Shown here piece by piece: positions 28,906 to 38,714 of a DNA stretch of 64,000 nt (positions are counted from its first letter, which is position 1; every line of letters begins with the position of its first letter). The translations under genes and the position numbers were made by a program. A model generated the notes under the pieces. The model was not told the DNA's origin, made no database searches, and worked only from the letters and a program-made list of their open reading frames with translations. The stretch is from Capsulimonadales bacterium (GTDB lineage Bacteria; Armatimonadota; Armatimonadia; Armatimonadales; Armatimonadaceae): NCBI GenBank assembly GCA_033762295.1, contig JANRLW010000006.1, positions 1 to 64,000 of the forward strand, read 5' to 3'.

Positions 28906-29685
28906 TTACATTCCACTGAAGGATTTTACCAGATTATCATAGTCCGCCATACCGCCGATATCGGCGCAAAGTCGGGCGTCCGCGCCCATCAGCGATTTGC
29001 AGGAACTGCCGGTAAGGGTGGAGATTTTCCGTTCCACCTCCTGGGCGGTCAGCATCCCCAGAAAATACTTCACCACGAAAAGAAACCCGAGGGCGCTCGC
29101 CGCGCCTGTCGGATTGTTTCGAGATTCGATCATTTTACGGAAGAGGGCCTGGTTCCGCTCCAGTACGGACGGGCGAACCAGCAACAGGCTGGCGGGCACG
29201 ACCTCCCCCCCGGAAAGTTTGGCATACGTTCCCGGTTTGCGGGGACAGAGGTTTTCCAGATCGGCACGGTTTCCCACCGGCAAAAGAATGTCCGCCGGGT
29301 CCGGCTTCACGCTGTCGAGGAAAGCGCGGACGGCCTGGGCTGTGAGGAACGGAAGATCGGCAGCGACCAGAAGAACCCGGTCGGTATTGGATTGCGACCG
29401 AAGCAGGGTGAGGCCGACATCGATATTCCGCGCGGCGTTTCCCGCTTCCTCCAGCACATCGTCGGCTCCGACCTGACGCGCCTCGTTTTCGATCGCTCCC
29501 TTCGGGCCGACCACCACGATTTTGTGGACCCGACCGGACTCCCGCAGCGAGGAGACCGTTCTTGCCAGGAGGGACCGCCCCCCGAGGGCGACGGCGGCGG
29601 CCAGATCGGTTCCGGCCTTCGCGGCGGTTGCGCTATCCAACTTTCCGCCCGCCAGCACGACGGCGGGAAGCCATTCGGCATTCAT
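28906..29685 (-). CDS. MobA-like NTP transferase family protein
   Basis: AVVLAGG, ADLPFL, ADIG. Confidence 0.75.
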   Translation of the reverse strand: MNAEWLPAVVLAGGKLDSATAAKAGTDLAAAVALGGRSLLARTVSSLRESGRVHKIVVVGPKGAIENEARQVGADDVLEEAGNAARNIDVGLTLLRSQSNTDRVLLVAADLPFLTAQAVRAFLDSVKPDPADILLPVGNRADLENLCPRKPGTYAKLSGGEVVPASLLLVRPSVLERNQALFRKMIESRNNPTGAASALGFLFVVKYFLGMLTAQEVERKISTLTGSSCKSLMGADARLCADIGGMADYDNLVKSFSGM

Positions 29686-29736
29686 CGTATCGCATACTCC
29701 TTGGTTAAATGCTGCCGTTCTCGGCAGGACGACCTT

Positions 29737-30621
29737 TTAGCGAACCAGCACCTTCAGGGCGCGAGGTAGCGTTGTGATGTCCGCAGGCGTGAGGCCCGTC
29801 ACATCCCCGTCGATGTTCAGCGGCTGGGTCGGCACGGTTTTGACGGAAAATCCCCGGGCCTTCAGGACACGAACCGCCTTATGATTCATATGTTGGCCGC
29901 TACGCACTTTTCCGATCAGGGGGAGCAGTTGAATTTTGGGGACCGCCTTGATAATCATGAGGTCGAGGTTGCCATCGTCCATTTCGGCGAAGGGAGCGGC
30001 GAGCATTCCTCCACCGTACATTCTTCCGTTTAAAACCGAAACCATGTAGGCCCGTTCCTCTATCTTTTCACCATCGACAGTGGTCAAGTTCAAGCGGAAC
30101 GGTTTGTACGTCGGAAGCGTCTTGAGGATCGCCAGCAGGAAGGCCGAATAACCACGGGCGAAACGGATGGAGGTGTTCATCGTTTTCATGACCGCCGCGT
30201 CAAACCCGGTTCCGGCGTTATTGATGAACGGAGTATCGTTGATCATCCCGACGTCGATATGCCGTACGACCCCGCTGAGCACGGTCGAAACCGCCTCATC
30301 CAGTTCCAGTTTCAGATTCAGGTTTCGGGCGAAATCGTTCCCGGTCCCGGCAGGAAGGACGCCCAGAGCCGCATTCGTGCCCAGAAGACCACGGGCAACA
30401 TCGCCGACGGTTCCGTCGCCGCCCATGGCCACGACCACTTCGTGGGTGGCCCCTGCCTCTCGCGCCAGTTGAATGGCGTGTCCGGCCTTCTGTGTCGGCC
30501 GCCACTCATATTTCGGGCCCAGAAGTTCCTTCGCCTTGAGGGCCATCACCACGCCCTGTCCGCGTCCCGCGGTCGGATTGTAGATAACGACTCCGCCTTC
30601 GCTGACAATCTGCTCGGTCAT
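29737..30621 (-). CDS. Diacylglycerol/lipid kinase family (YegS/DgkB-like)
   Basis: NPTAG, GGDGT, PAGTGNDFA, GFDA, NIDGD. Confidence 0.92.
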   Translation of the reverse strand: MTEQIVSEGGVVIYNPTAGRGQGVVMALKAKELLGPKYEWRPTQKAGHAIQLAREAGATHEVVVAMGGDGTVGDVARGLLGTNAALGVLPAGTGNDFARNLNLKLELDEAVSTVLSGVVRHIDVGMINDTPFINNAGTGFDAAVMKTMNTSIRFARGYSAFLLAILKTLPTYKPFRLNLTTVDGEKIEERAYMVSVLNGRMYGGGMLAAPFAEMDDGNLDLMIIKAVPKIQLLPLIGKVRSGQHMNHKAVRVLKARGFSVKTVPTQPLNIDGDVTGLTPADITTLPRALKVLVR

Positions 30622-30754
30622 GTACCGCCTGTCCTCTCGCCGTATCGTGGAATCGCCGGCGTCTTCGGCAAGTATACCGAGGCAGCCAGACCCCGTCAAT
30701 GGGTTCACCCGCAACCGAACCGCTCCATCGCACCGGGTCAGAGGACGGTTGGGG

Positions 30755-32494
30755 TCATGGCTCCTCGGTGATCGTAATATAGCGGTTCCGTTCCGACGGC
30801 CGGAGAACGGTCGTTTTGCCGGAAGGCCATCGTACCTCGATCTCCTTGAAGCCGCCTGCCGGAATGCCGAAGAGCAGGCGGGAATCGTTGCAGGAAAGGT
30901 AACTGCGGACGGTGGTCACACAGCGCGTCTGCCGAGCGCCCCGGTTGCCGATCAGCGTTACCAGTGCGCCCGTCGCATCTCGCGGACCTTTCTTCCCCAC
31001 CAGTTTCAGTCCGAGCCAGTTGGAATTCGTGACCGTCTCGTTCCGGAAAAGGTGGGGCGCACCCTCGTTGGTGAGCAACAACACATCCGCTTTGCCGTCG
31101 TTATCATAGTCGCCGACCGCCAGGCCGCGCCCGATAGTCTTCGTTGTCAGGCCGGCTCCGGCCCCGATTTCCTCAAAAGTCCCGTTTCCCCGGTTTAAGA
31201 AGAGCTGTGCGGGTTGTTCGTAGGAGATCGGCTTTCCACCGACGGTGAGGGCCTGGTCATCGTCGATATGTCCGTTGGCAATAAGAACATCGGGATGGGA
31301 ATCGTTATTGACGTCGGCATAGGCGAGACCGAAGGTCGTCATGGTCGCGGTGGGCATCGCGACTCCGGCATCCTGTTTGCGGTTGTCGAAAAGCGGTACG
31401 TCTCCGGCGGTCTCCCCCACGACGAACAGGCTCATCTGCTGACCGGCAAAGACTCCGATCGCGACCGTCGACCGGCCGTCGCCGAACGGAGTATCCACAT
31501 CCACGCCCATGCTGCCGGTCGGCGTGCCATCCGCCCCGACCGCAATTCCCGCTTCGAGGGCCGCATCGCGGAAGGTTCCGTCCTTCCGGTTGAGAAGGAG
31601 GACATCGGGTTCCGTGTCGTTGGCGAGAAAGAAATCGAGCCATCCATCACCGTTGAAATCGAACGGCGCAATCGCCAGCGTCTTGGACGGATGTCCCAGA
31701 ACCCCTGAGGCTTTCGAGGCTTCCGTGAACGTGCCGTTGCCGTTATTTCGGAAAAACACCGGGGGGGCACCGGTGTACTGGTGCGGAGCGCAGTACTGTC
31801 GCGCGTTGACCGGCCCGCAGGGCAGGTCCGTTGCGGGAGTCCATTCCACATAGCGCGACACCAGCAGGTCAAGGTCACCGTCCCGGTCGGTATCTCCCCA
31901 GGCCGCCGCGGTCGTAAAGCCGTCCACGGCAACCTTCGCGCGGGCCGTCACATCGGTAAAATGTCCCTTTTCGTTCCGGAACAGGCGGGTTTTCCCGACA
32001 ACGGTCAGGTAAATGTCCGGCCATCCGTCGTTGTCATAGTCGCCGACCGCCGCCCCCATGCCATAGTCGCTGGTGGTCAGGCCCGCCTTTTCGGTGACGT
32101 CGCGGAACGTACCGTCGCCTTTATTTTCGTACAGGGCGTGACGTGGAAGCGGGCCGGTGGGCTTTCCGCCATCGAGCGGTCTTCCATTGATCAGGAGTAT
32201 GTCCAAGAGGCCGTCGTTGTTGTAGTCCAGGAAGCCGCCGCCGCCGCCGACGGTCTCCGGCAGATACTTTCTTCCGGTCCGGCAGGGATCGTACTTCCAA
32301 CGAATCCCCGCCTTTTCGGTGACATCCGTGAAACGCGGTGGAGCGACTTCCGGGGTAACTGCCTGACCGGAAGGTACGGGAACGGAGGGTACGGGAACGG
32401 AGGTTTCGCTCTTCGGGGAGGAGAGACACCCGGCGAGGAGTAGCGGGGCCATCGGCCAGAGGAAACGGCGTTCGGAGCGGGACAGGCGGAACAT
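30755..32494 (-). CDS. CRTAC1-like lipoprotein (FG-GAP repeats + ASPIC/UnbV)
   Basis: LAGC lipobox; repeated DYDNDG..D and N.GDGTF.D; SYLS...RLLFG...VRWPSG. Confidence 0.88.
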   Translation of the reverse strand: MFRLSRSERRFLWPMAPLLLAGCLSSPKSETSVPVPSVPVPSGQAVTPEVAPPRFTDVTEKAGIRWKYDPCRTGRKYLPETVGGGGGFLDYNNDGLLDILLINGRPLDGGKPTGPLPRHALYENKGDGTFRDVTEKAGLTTSDYGMGAAVGDYDNDGWPDIYLTVVGKTRLFRNEKGHFTDVTARAKVAVDGFTTAAAWGDTDRDGDLDLLVSRYVEWTPATDLPCGPVNARQYCAPHQYTGAPPVFFRNNGNGTFTEASKASGVLGHPSKTLAIAPFDFNGDGWLDFFLANDTEPDVLLLNRKDGTFRDAALEAGIAVGADGTPTGSMGVDVDTPFGDGRSTVAIGVFAGQQMSLFVVGETAGDVPLFDNRKQDAGVAMPTATMTTFGLAYADVNNDSHPDVLIANGHIDDDQALTVGGKPISYEQPAQLFLNRGNGTFEEIGAGAGLTTKTIGRGLAVGDYDNDGKADVLLLTNEGAPHLFRNETVTNSNWLGLKLVGKKGPRDATGALVTLIGNRGARQTRCVTTVRSYLSCNDSRLLFGIPAGGFKEIEVRWPSGKTTVLRPSERNRYITITEEP

Positions 32495-32498
32495 GGTG

Positions 32499-34451
32499 CT
32501 ACGCTTTCGAGTTCGCCTTCGGGGTGAGTCGGTGCGCTTTGCGCATGGTTTCCAGGGCGAGCAGGAAGTACCCCTCCCGCTTATAGACCGCCGCCAGCGA
32601 ACGCCACACCGCCGGGTCCTTCGGGGCGAGTTCGGTGGCGCGGCGGAAGGCGCAAAGGGCGATCCAGTTTTCCCGGCGGCGCAACGCCATTTCGCCCAGT
32701 TCCTTCCATTCGGCCAGTGGACGGTCCTGACGCAGCGCCTTCAGCAATACGGGCCAGCGTTGTTTGCGCTCGCGTATCTCCTGGTATCGTTTCGCATGAA
32801 AACTCGCCTCCGCCGGTTTCTTTTCCTTCCCGTAGATTTTCACCAGCGTGGCATGCGGTGTGCCCTCCTGGACATCCGGCGAGAGCGAGAGAGCACGGAG
32901 CAAAGCCTCCTTTGCCTTTTCCGGTTCCTTCAGTTCGAAACGCAGCAGTCCGATATGGGATTGCGCCTCGGCGTTGTCGGGTTCGCGCTCTGCCGCCGCC
33001 TCATAGAGCGCGAGGGTTTTCTTCAGGTTTTCCGGGTCGCTTCCCTGTTGCGCCTGCCATTCCGCCCGATAGAGGAACGGGAAAGCGGAGGTGGGCTGCA
33101 CCGTTTCATACTGACGGCTCGCCCGTTCCAGCAGGTCGGGCTTGCCACCGTCCACGGCGATCCGGCAAAGCAGGTTGGCGACCTCCCCCGATTCATCGTT
33201 CGGCGTGACCTTTTCCAGCGCGAGGGCCGATTGCTCCGCTTCGACGAGTTTGTTCTGGCTGAGCAGAACTTCGGCGTTCCGCTTCAGGAAAAACGGGTCG
33301 CGGGGAAACTTTCGCACTGCCTCTTGCGCATAACGCAACGCCGGTTCCGGTTCCTGTCGGCGATAGGCGCTGTTGTGCAGGGCGGCATAGAGTTCCTCCG
33401 TATCTTTGCCGGTGGTTTTCGGCAGGGCCGCCTTCCAGACCGCCTCGGCCTCACGCGGCTTTCCGCCGTAGTACAGAGCGTAGCCACGGGAGATCGCGGC
33501 ATCGACCGGCTTTCGACGCAGAGTCTCCGCCCGTTCGATCAGTTCCCAGTAATCGGCGCGGCGGGTTTCCGCCGGGTTGACATTTTGCAGCAGGGACATG
33601 GCTCGATCCACCTGCTTCGTTTCCAGGAGAGTCCGCCCCAGCCCGATTTTCGCCTCGGTCGGGGGGTTTTGCAGGTTCACCGATTTCAGGTAGATGTCGA
33701 TCGCCTGCGTTCGTTTCCCGGCTCTTTCGAGTGCCAGGCCGAGAAGAAAAGTCGTAAACGCATCGTTCGGGGTCGTTTCGATCGCCTTCGTAAAGAAGGG
33801 CACGGCCGCCTCCGGCCGATCCCGCAATAGTTCGTAGAATCCCTGCAATCCCAGTTGCTCCGGATCGTCGCTTTTCGCGGCGAGCAGCGGGGCGGCCCTT
33901 CCCGTCTCGTCCGCCAGCAGGAGGGTGCGGGTCAGCGTAACACGGTCTTCGGCGGCCAGCGAGGCGGCTTCCGGGATCAAAGGGATCAGCGCCTCGGCGG
34001 CGCGCCGGAAGTCCCCCAGTTTGAAGTGGAGACGGGAAAGAGCGAGGCGCAGATCGGGCGTGTCCTTTTTCGGAAGATTCGCTTCGAGTTCGGCCGTTGC
34101 CTCTTCAAAAAGCCCCACACGGGCGTAAAGATCGGCAAGGGCGCGGGTATCGGATTCCGAGCAGATTTCGCTCCGGCAGAGGAGTGTCCGTTGTTCGATC
34201 GCCCCGAAGGTTAAGCCGTTGTTTTGGTACTGTTCGGCGAGATCACGGCGAGGGATGCCTGTCGCCGTCGCAACGGGGGGAGTTGCGGAAACCGGGGCCT
34301 TTGCGTTCGGGGTAAAGGCGCATCCGCCCGAGAGCAAGGCGGGAAACAGAACGAGGAAAGCCAATTTTCGGCTGGTGACCGCCATCCGTTTTGATTGTAT
34401 CAGGGCCTTCCCTGCCCGTCCATTCGGGCGAGCAGGGGTTGCAGCTACCAC
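32499..34451 (-). CDS. Tetratricopeptide repeat protein, probably lipoprotein
   Basis: Many TPR-like helical repeats; LSGGC; start may be further downstream. Confidence 0.8.
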   Translation of the reverse strand: MVAATPARPNGRAGKALIQSKRMAVTSRKLAFLVLFPALLSGGCAFTPNAKAPVSATPPVATATGIPRRDLAEQYQNNGLTFGAIEQRTLLCRSEICSESDTRALADLYARVGLFEEATAELEANLPKKDTPDLRLALSRLHFKLGDFRRAAEALIPLIPEAASLAAEDRVTLTRTLLLADETGRAAPLLAAKSDDPEQLGLQGFYELLRDRPEAAVPFFTKAIETTPNDAFTTFLLGLALERAGKRTQAIDIYLKSVNLQNPPTEAKIGLGRTLLETKQVDRAMSLLQNVNPAETRRADYWELIERAETLRRKPVDAAISRGYALYYGGKPREAEAVWKAALPKTTGKDTEELYAALHNSAYRRQEPEPALRYAQEAVRKFPRDPFFLKRNAEVLLSQNKLVEAEQSALALEKVTPNDESGEVANLLCRIAVDGGKPDLLERASRQYETVQPTSAFPFLYRAEWQAQQGSDPENLKKTLALYEAAAEREPDNAEAQSHIGLLRFELKEPEKAKEALLRALSLSPDVQEGTPHATLVKIYGKEKKPAEASFHAKRYQEIRERKQRWPVLLKALRQDRPLAEWKELGEMALRRRENWIALCAFRRATELAPKDPAVWRSLAAVYKREGYFLLALETMRKAHRLTPKANSKA

Positions 34452-34457
34452 CGGGAC

Positions 34458-34691
34458 TCAGTCGGTTTTGATCTGGTCCGGAGGAACGCCGGCGGCCTGC
34501 TGCTGTTGAATTTTCTTGTAGATTTCGGCATCTTTCGAACGTCGTTCGATGTACTTTCGTTGACCTTCCGCTCCCTGCAGGGGAGTGTAATTCGGATCAG
34601 TGAAGAAGGTCTTAAAAGCGAAGAATCCGACGACACCCAGAATGACGACAATCGCCCCGATAATTACACCGGGATGGATTTCTTTCTTCAT
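34458..34691 (-). CDS. Small single-TM protein downstream of a DUF1559 gene
   Basis: GGAG RBS; N-terminal TM; low-GC3 style similar to neighbour. Confidence 0.7.
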   Translation of the reverse strand: MKKEIHPGVIIGAIVVILGVVGFFAFKTFFTDPNYTPLQGAEGQRKYIERRSKDAEIYKKIQQQQAAGVPPDQIKTD

Positions 34692-34710
34692 GAGAATGCT
34701 CCGGAAGAGA

Positions 34711-34743
34711 CCTCCCCGGTTTTCACGGGTGAAACCGGGGAGG
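34711..34743. terminator. Strong intergenic hairpin inside the DUF1559 operon
   Basis: cctccccggttttcac / gtgaaaccggggagg inverted repeat; no strong T-run. Confidence 0.55.
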
Positions 34744-34754
34744 CGATGCTCTGC

Positions 34755-35633
34755 CTACGGGCAGCGGTCGAGACCGCCGAAGTCGCTGGCCAGCGCTTCG
34801 GGGTCGGTCACGAACTTGTAGTTCCAGATGCCCGGCTGCGGCGGGTTGGCGCAGATGTTGCCATGCGGCAGACCGAGGATCGCACGACCGCCACGATCGT
34901 CATCGTTCCCCGGGCCAAGGCCACGGTCGTTGTACCACTTGGCATGACCGTCGGCGAAGGCGATGTTGGTCCCCTGGTTGTGCGGGCGATAGAAGTCGTT
35001 CCACTTGGAGGATCGAGCGTTCGAACCACGACCGGCGTTCAGGTCATAACCGGCGCGGATACGACCGGATTCGCCGATCACGCCGCTGTTGGCCGGGAAT
35101 TCGATGGAGGCCAGGGACGACATGCTGGCTTCGACGTTATACCAGTAGGAGATCGGCCGCTGTCCCGGATTGGTGACGGTATTGGCCGGTCCGGGAACGT
35201 CCCAGGTCGGGCCGTTGGTAGCGGAGTTGTTGGCGGACGGGCAGGCCCAGACCGCGTAGTTTTTGATGTAGGGCATCAGGCGGGCGGCGAAGGTCGCTTC
35301 CCCGTTCGGGCCGATACAGGGCCAGCCCATGCATCCGGCGTACGGATTGTTGGACATATAGCTGGCGCCGTTGTCGTACTGGCCGTTGGCGTTCCGCCAG
35401 GAGAAAAATAAGGCTACACCACCGGGCACGAACAGTTCGTCGTAGTCCTGGTTGTACATGTACAGCGCAAGACCGATCTGCTTGACGTTGGAAAGGCAGG
35501 TGGTCTGGCGAGCCTTTTCGCGGGCCTGGGCGAAGACCGGGAAAAGGATGGCGGCGAGGATCGCGATGATGGCGATGACGACGAGCAGTTCAATCAGCGT
35601 GAACGCACGGCGGGAGTGTCGGGTACGAGACAT
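34755..35633 (-). CDS. Prepilin-type / DUF1559 protein with H-X9-DG motif
   Basis: [12 protein letters not shown]...; [21 protein letters not shown]. Confidence 0.93.
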   Translation of the reverse strand: MSRTRHSRRAFTLIELLVVIAIIAILAAILFPVFAQAREKARQTTCLSNVKQIGLALYMYNQDYDELFVPGGVALFFSWRNANGQYDNGASYMSNNPYAGCMGWPCIGPNGEATFAARLMPYIKNYAVWACPSANNSATNGPTWDVPGPANTVTNPGQRPISYWYNVEASMSSLASIEFPANSGVIGESGRIRAGYDLNAGRGSNARSSKWNDFYRPHNQGTNIAFADGHAKWYNDRGLGPGNDDDRGGRAILGLPHGNICANPPQPGIWNYKFVTDPEALASDFGGLDRCP

Positions 35634-36047
35634 AAAAGACTCCTTGATTCAAAGAAATCGACGATGAGACGCTGGGTATGATCTACTTTCCGCCAGTGAA
35701 GGGCACGTCGCGTCCGGCCTTCTTATTTTTTGAGATTGATTTTGACGATCTGCGGCGTGGTTCGTCCCCCCTATTCCGTCAGGCGAGGGGGTATGGCAGG
35801 GATTCCGGAAGAGGAAGGTCGCCCTTCCGACGGTAACGACAGGGGTGGCGATGAAAAGGTTGAAGCTTCCCTCTGTTTTCACCTGGTCCTCCGTCGTACG
35901 GGCTTTTCGAAACCCGCGTTATCAATGTAATGATGGCAAAGATGTCAAGGTCCGAAACGCCGGTGACTTCGGACGAGCCGGTTCGAAATAATCACAGAAA
36001 ACCAACCGAACTGATGGTTCGTTCCGGTTGGTTTCGAACCCGCGGAA

Positions 36048-36077
36048 ATTGTAACACGGTGGCTTTAAGCCTGTCAA
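36048..36077 (-). promoter_or_regulatory. Sigma70 promoter toward the DUF1559 operon
   Basis: Minus strand TTGACA-18 bp-TACAAT with a TG extension. Confidence 0.55.
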
Positions 36078-36672
36078 TAGGCCCGTAACCGAAATGGTCC
36101 TCGGTATTTTTGGTATGAAATGGTTCGCCGACTGTAAGTTTCGGTTTAACGCGAAAAACGGCATTTCCATTACGGTTCGCGAACGGATTTCGTGATAGTA
36201 TGAAGACGAATTGGACGGTACTCCTCAGGAGGAAAGGCGACCTCGCTCCTCACGGTTGGTCTTTTGCTTCGGTTTGTGAATTTCAGGAAACCGAAATTGT
36301 CGGTTTCTCCGTACCTTTAGTATTCCATCCTCTGCCGGGGTCGCTCCGGCAGGAACGCAAAGCGTTCCGTGAACAGATGGAGAAGCGATGCATGGCGGCA
36401 TCCTTCCGATCGGACGTCGGTGGCACGGTTCGGGGCGGCCCCAGAAGATGGCAGCCGTTCTCCGCAGCGAATCTCGGGGTTCGCGTGGGGACGGAGGCGC
36501 ATTTTCCGGGGCCGTTCGTGTCCCGGAAGTCCGCATGCGGACCGAAGGCAACCTGCGGTGGTCCGTACGTGGAACCGTGGTGTCCTGCTACGGGCGAACG
36601 ACGAGGGGAGAAGGCCTGGCAGACCTTCGTCGGATCCCATGTTCTGCCGGGAAAGGGTTTCAGGAAGAGCCT

Positions 36673-38601
36673 ATGGCACTGTTCGATGTCCTCAAAGCCG
36701 CTAATGAATTGCGCCAGCAGGAGGACAAACTCCGCTGGGACGGTACTTTCGCCGACTACCTGGAGATCGTCAAACGTAATCCCAAAGTCGCCGACCTCGC
36801 GCACGCCCGTGTCTACGACATGCTTCTTTCGGCGGGCGTCGAGGAGCAAGTCGACGGTCGGCGGACCTATCGATTCTTTGAGGGCGAAATCTTCGGCCTG
36901 GAAAAGACGCTGACGCAACTGGTCGAGGAGTACTTCTCCCCCGCTTCGCGCCGTCTCGATATCCGCAAACGGATTCTAATGCTCGTCGGACCGGTGGGCG
37001 GCGGCAAGTCAACCCTGGTCACCCTGATCAAAAAGGGAATGGAAAAGTATTCGCGTTCCGAGGACGGCGCGATTTACGCGATCAAGGGATGCCCGATGCA
37101 CGAAGAACCGCTCCACCTGATCCCCGAGGAGATTCGCGAGGACTTCCGCAAGGAGTATGGCGTCTACATCGAGGGCGATCTGTGTCCGGTCTGCCGCTAC
37201 CGCATGGAAAACGAGTGGAAAAGCGACATTTCCCGGGTACCGGTCACCCGAATGATCCTCTCCGAGCGAGATCGCAAGGGAATCGGCACCTTCAAGCCCG
37301 CCGATCCGAAATCCCAGGATGTCGCCGAACTCACCGGCAGCGTCAACATCCAGGCCCTGGCCGAACTCGGGAACGAATCCGATCCGCGTGTCTACAATTT
37401 CGACGGAGAACTCAACATCGCCAACCGTGGCGTCATGGAGTTTATCGAAATGCTCAAAGCGGAGAAACGGTTCCTCTACGAACTGAATACCGTGGCGGGA
37501 GAACAACGGATCAAGGCGTCCCGATTTGCCCTGATTTATGCCGACCTCTGCGTTCTCGCCCATACCAACGAGTTCGAATACAACTCCTACTTCGGGAACA
37601 AAGAGAACGAGGCGATGATCGACCGGATCTTCGTCGTCAAGGTCCCCTACAACCTGCGCCTTTCCCAGGAGATTCGAATCTACGAAAAACTGATCGGGCA
37701 GTCCCAGTTATCGGAGGATCGAATCGATCTCAACCAGGTACATATCGCGCCCTATACCCTGCGAGTCGCCGCCATGTTCGCCATTCTTTCGCGACTGAAG
37801 CCGTCAAAGAAGGCGGGGGTGACGCTGATGACCAAACTCAAACTTTACGATGGCGAAAAGCAGGTCGGCGACTGGGACCAGAAGCATGTCCGTGAGTTGT
37901 CGGAGGAGTTTCAGGACGAGGGAATGAACGGGGTCTCCCCCCGATTCGTCATGAACCGACTGTCCGCCGCCCTGGTTCGGGGCAACAAGAGCGTCATCAC
38001 GCCGATCGATGTTCTGCGGTCGGTGCGCGACGGACTGCAGGAGATCGCGTCGAGCGAGGAGGAGTATCGCCGTCTCCTGGGATTCATCGATGAAACTCGC
38101 AAGGACTACGACGAAATCGCCAAAAAGGAGGTCCAGCGAGCGTTCGTCTACTCCTACGAACAGTCGGCCAAAACGCTTCTTGACAACTATCTCGACAATG
38201 TCGACGCCTATGCCAACAAAACCAAAATCAAGGACCCGATTACCGGCGAGGATGTTGAGCATGATGAGCGGTTGATGCGTTCGATCGAGGAACAGATCGG
38301 AATCTCCGAGAACGCCAAGCGGGAGTTCCGCGAAGGCATCATGCGCTCGGTCGCATCGGTCGCGCGGCGCGGCGGAACGTTCGGCGTCGGTTCCGACGAA
38401 CGCCTGAAGGAAGCGCTGGAGAAAAAACTGTTTGCCGACCTGAAGGACATCGTGAAGATCACGACGTCGACCAAAACGCCGGATGCCGACCAGCTAAAGC
38501 GGATCAATGAGGTGGTCGAGCGGCTCTGTACGAACCACGGCTACAATCCGATCTCGGCGAACGAACTTCTGCGCTACGTCGGCACGTTGCTCAACCGTTA
38601 A
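36673..38601 (+). CDS. prkA: PrkA/YeaG AAA+ serine kinase
   Basis: GPVGGGKST, CPMHEEPL, ANRGVMEFIEM, AHTN, G.SPRF; ATG at 36673 after AGGAAG. Confidence 0.95.
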   Translation: MALFDVLKAANELRQQEDKLRWDGTFADYLEIVKRNPKVADLAHARVYDMLLSAGVEEQVDGRRTYRFFEGEIFGLEKTLTQLVEEYFSPASRRLDIRKRILMLVGPVGGGKSTLVTLIKKGMEKYSRSEDGAIYAIKGCPMHEEPLHLIPEEIREDFRKEYGVYIEGDLCPVCRYRMENEWKSDISRVPVTRMILSERDRKGIGTFKPADPKSQDVAELTGSVNIQALAELGNESDPRVYNFDGELNIANRGVMEFIEMLKAEKRFLYELNTVAGEQRIKASRFALIYADLCVLAHTNEFEYNSYFGNKENEAMIDRIFVVKVPYNLRLSQEIRIYEKLIGQSQLSEDRIDLNQVHIAPYTLRVAAMFAILSRLKPSKKAGVTLMTKLKLYDGEKQVGDWDQKHVRELSEEFQDEGMNGVSPRFVMNRLSAALVRGNKSVITPIDVLRSVRDGLQEIASSEEEYRRLLGFIDETRKDYDEIAKKEVQRAFVYSYEQSAKTLLDNYLDNVDAYANKTKIKDPITGEDVEHDERLMRSIEEQIGISENAKREFREGIMRSVASVARRGGTFGVGSDERLKEALEKKLFADLKDIVKITTSTKTPDADQLKRINEVVERLCTNHGYNPISANELLRYVGTLLNR

Positions 38602-38714
38602 GGCGAGCGTGGGTCCGGTCCCGTCGGCTCTTCCCCGCGTCGCGGGCGCATTGGCGGGAACCCGGAGACCGCTCCGATCGAACCATCTTCGGACAGGGAA
38701 CCGTCAGGAGCGTC

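Noticed and set aside
32372..32403. 15-bp tandem duplication (and a similar 21-bp one near 47630-47680)
   Set aside because: Encodes ordinary Pro-rich linkers
36225..36370. GAGGAAAG and ACGCAAAGC as RNase P or c-di-GMP-I riboswitch
   Set aside because: Other conserved elements (GAGGAAAGUCC and the 3' P4 strand; the GGCAAAC-GNRA P2 stem) are absent
36421..36436. TGGCACG as a sigma54 promoter for prkA
   Set aside because: No TTGC and the GG-to-GC spacing is 11, not 10
36388..36672. 95-aa N-terminal extension of PrkA
   Set aside because: Not PrkA-like; the ATG at 36673 has an RBS and matches the family start
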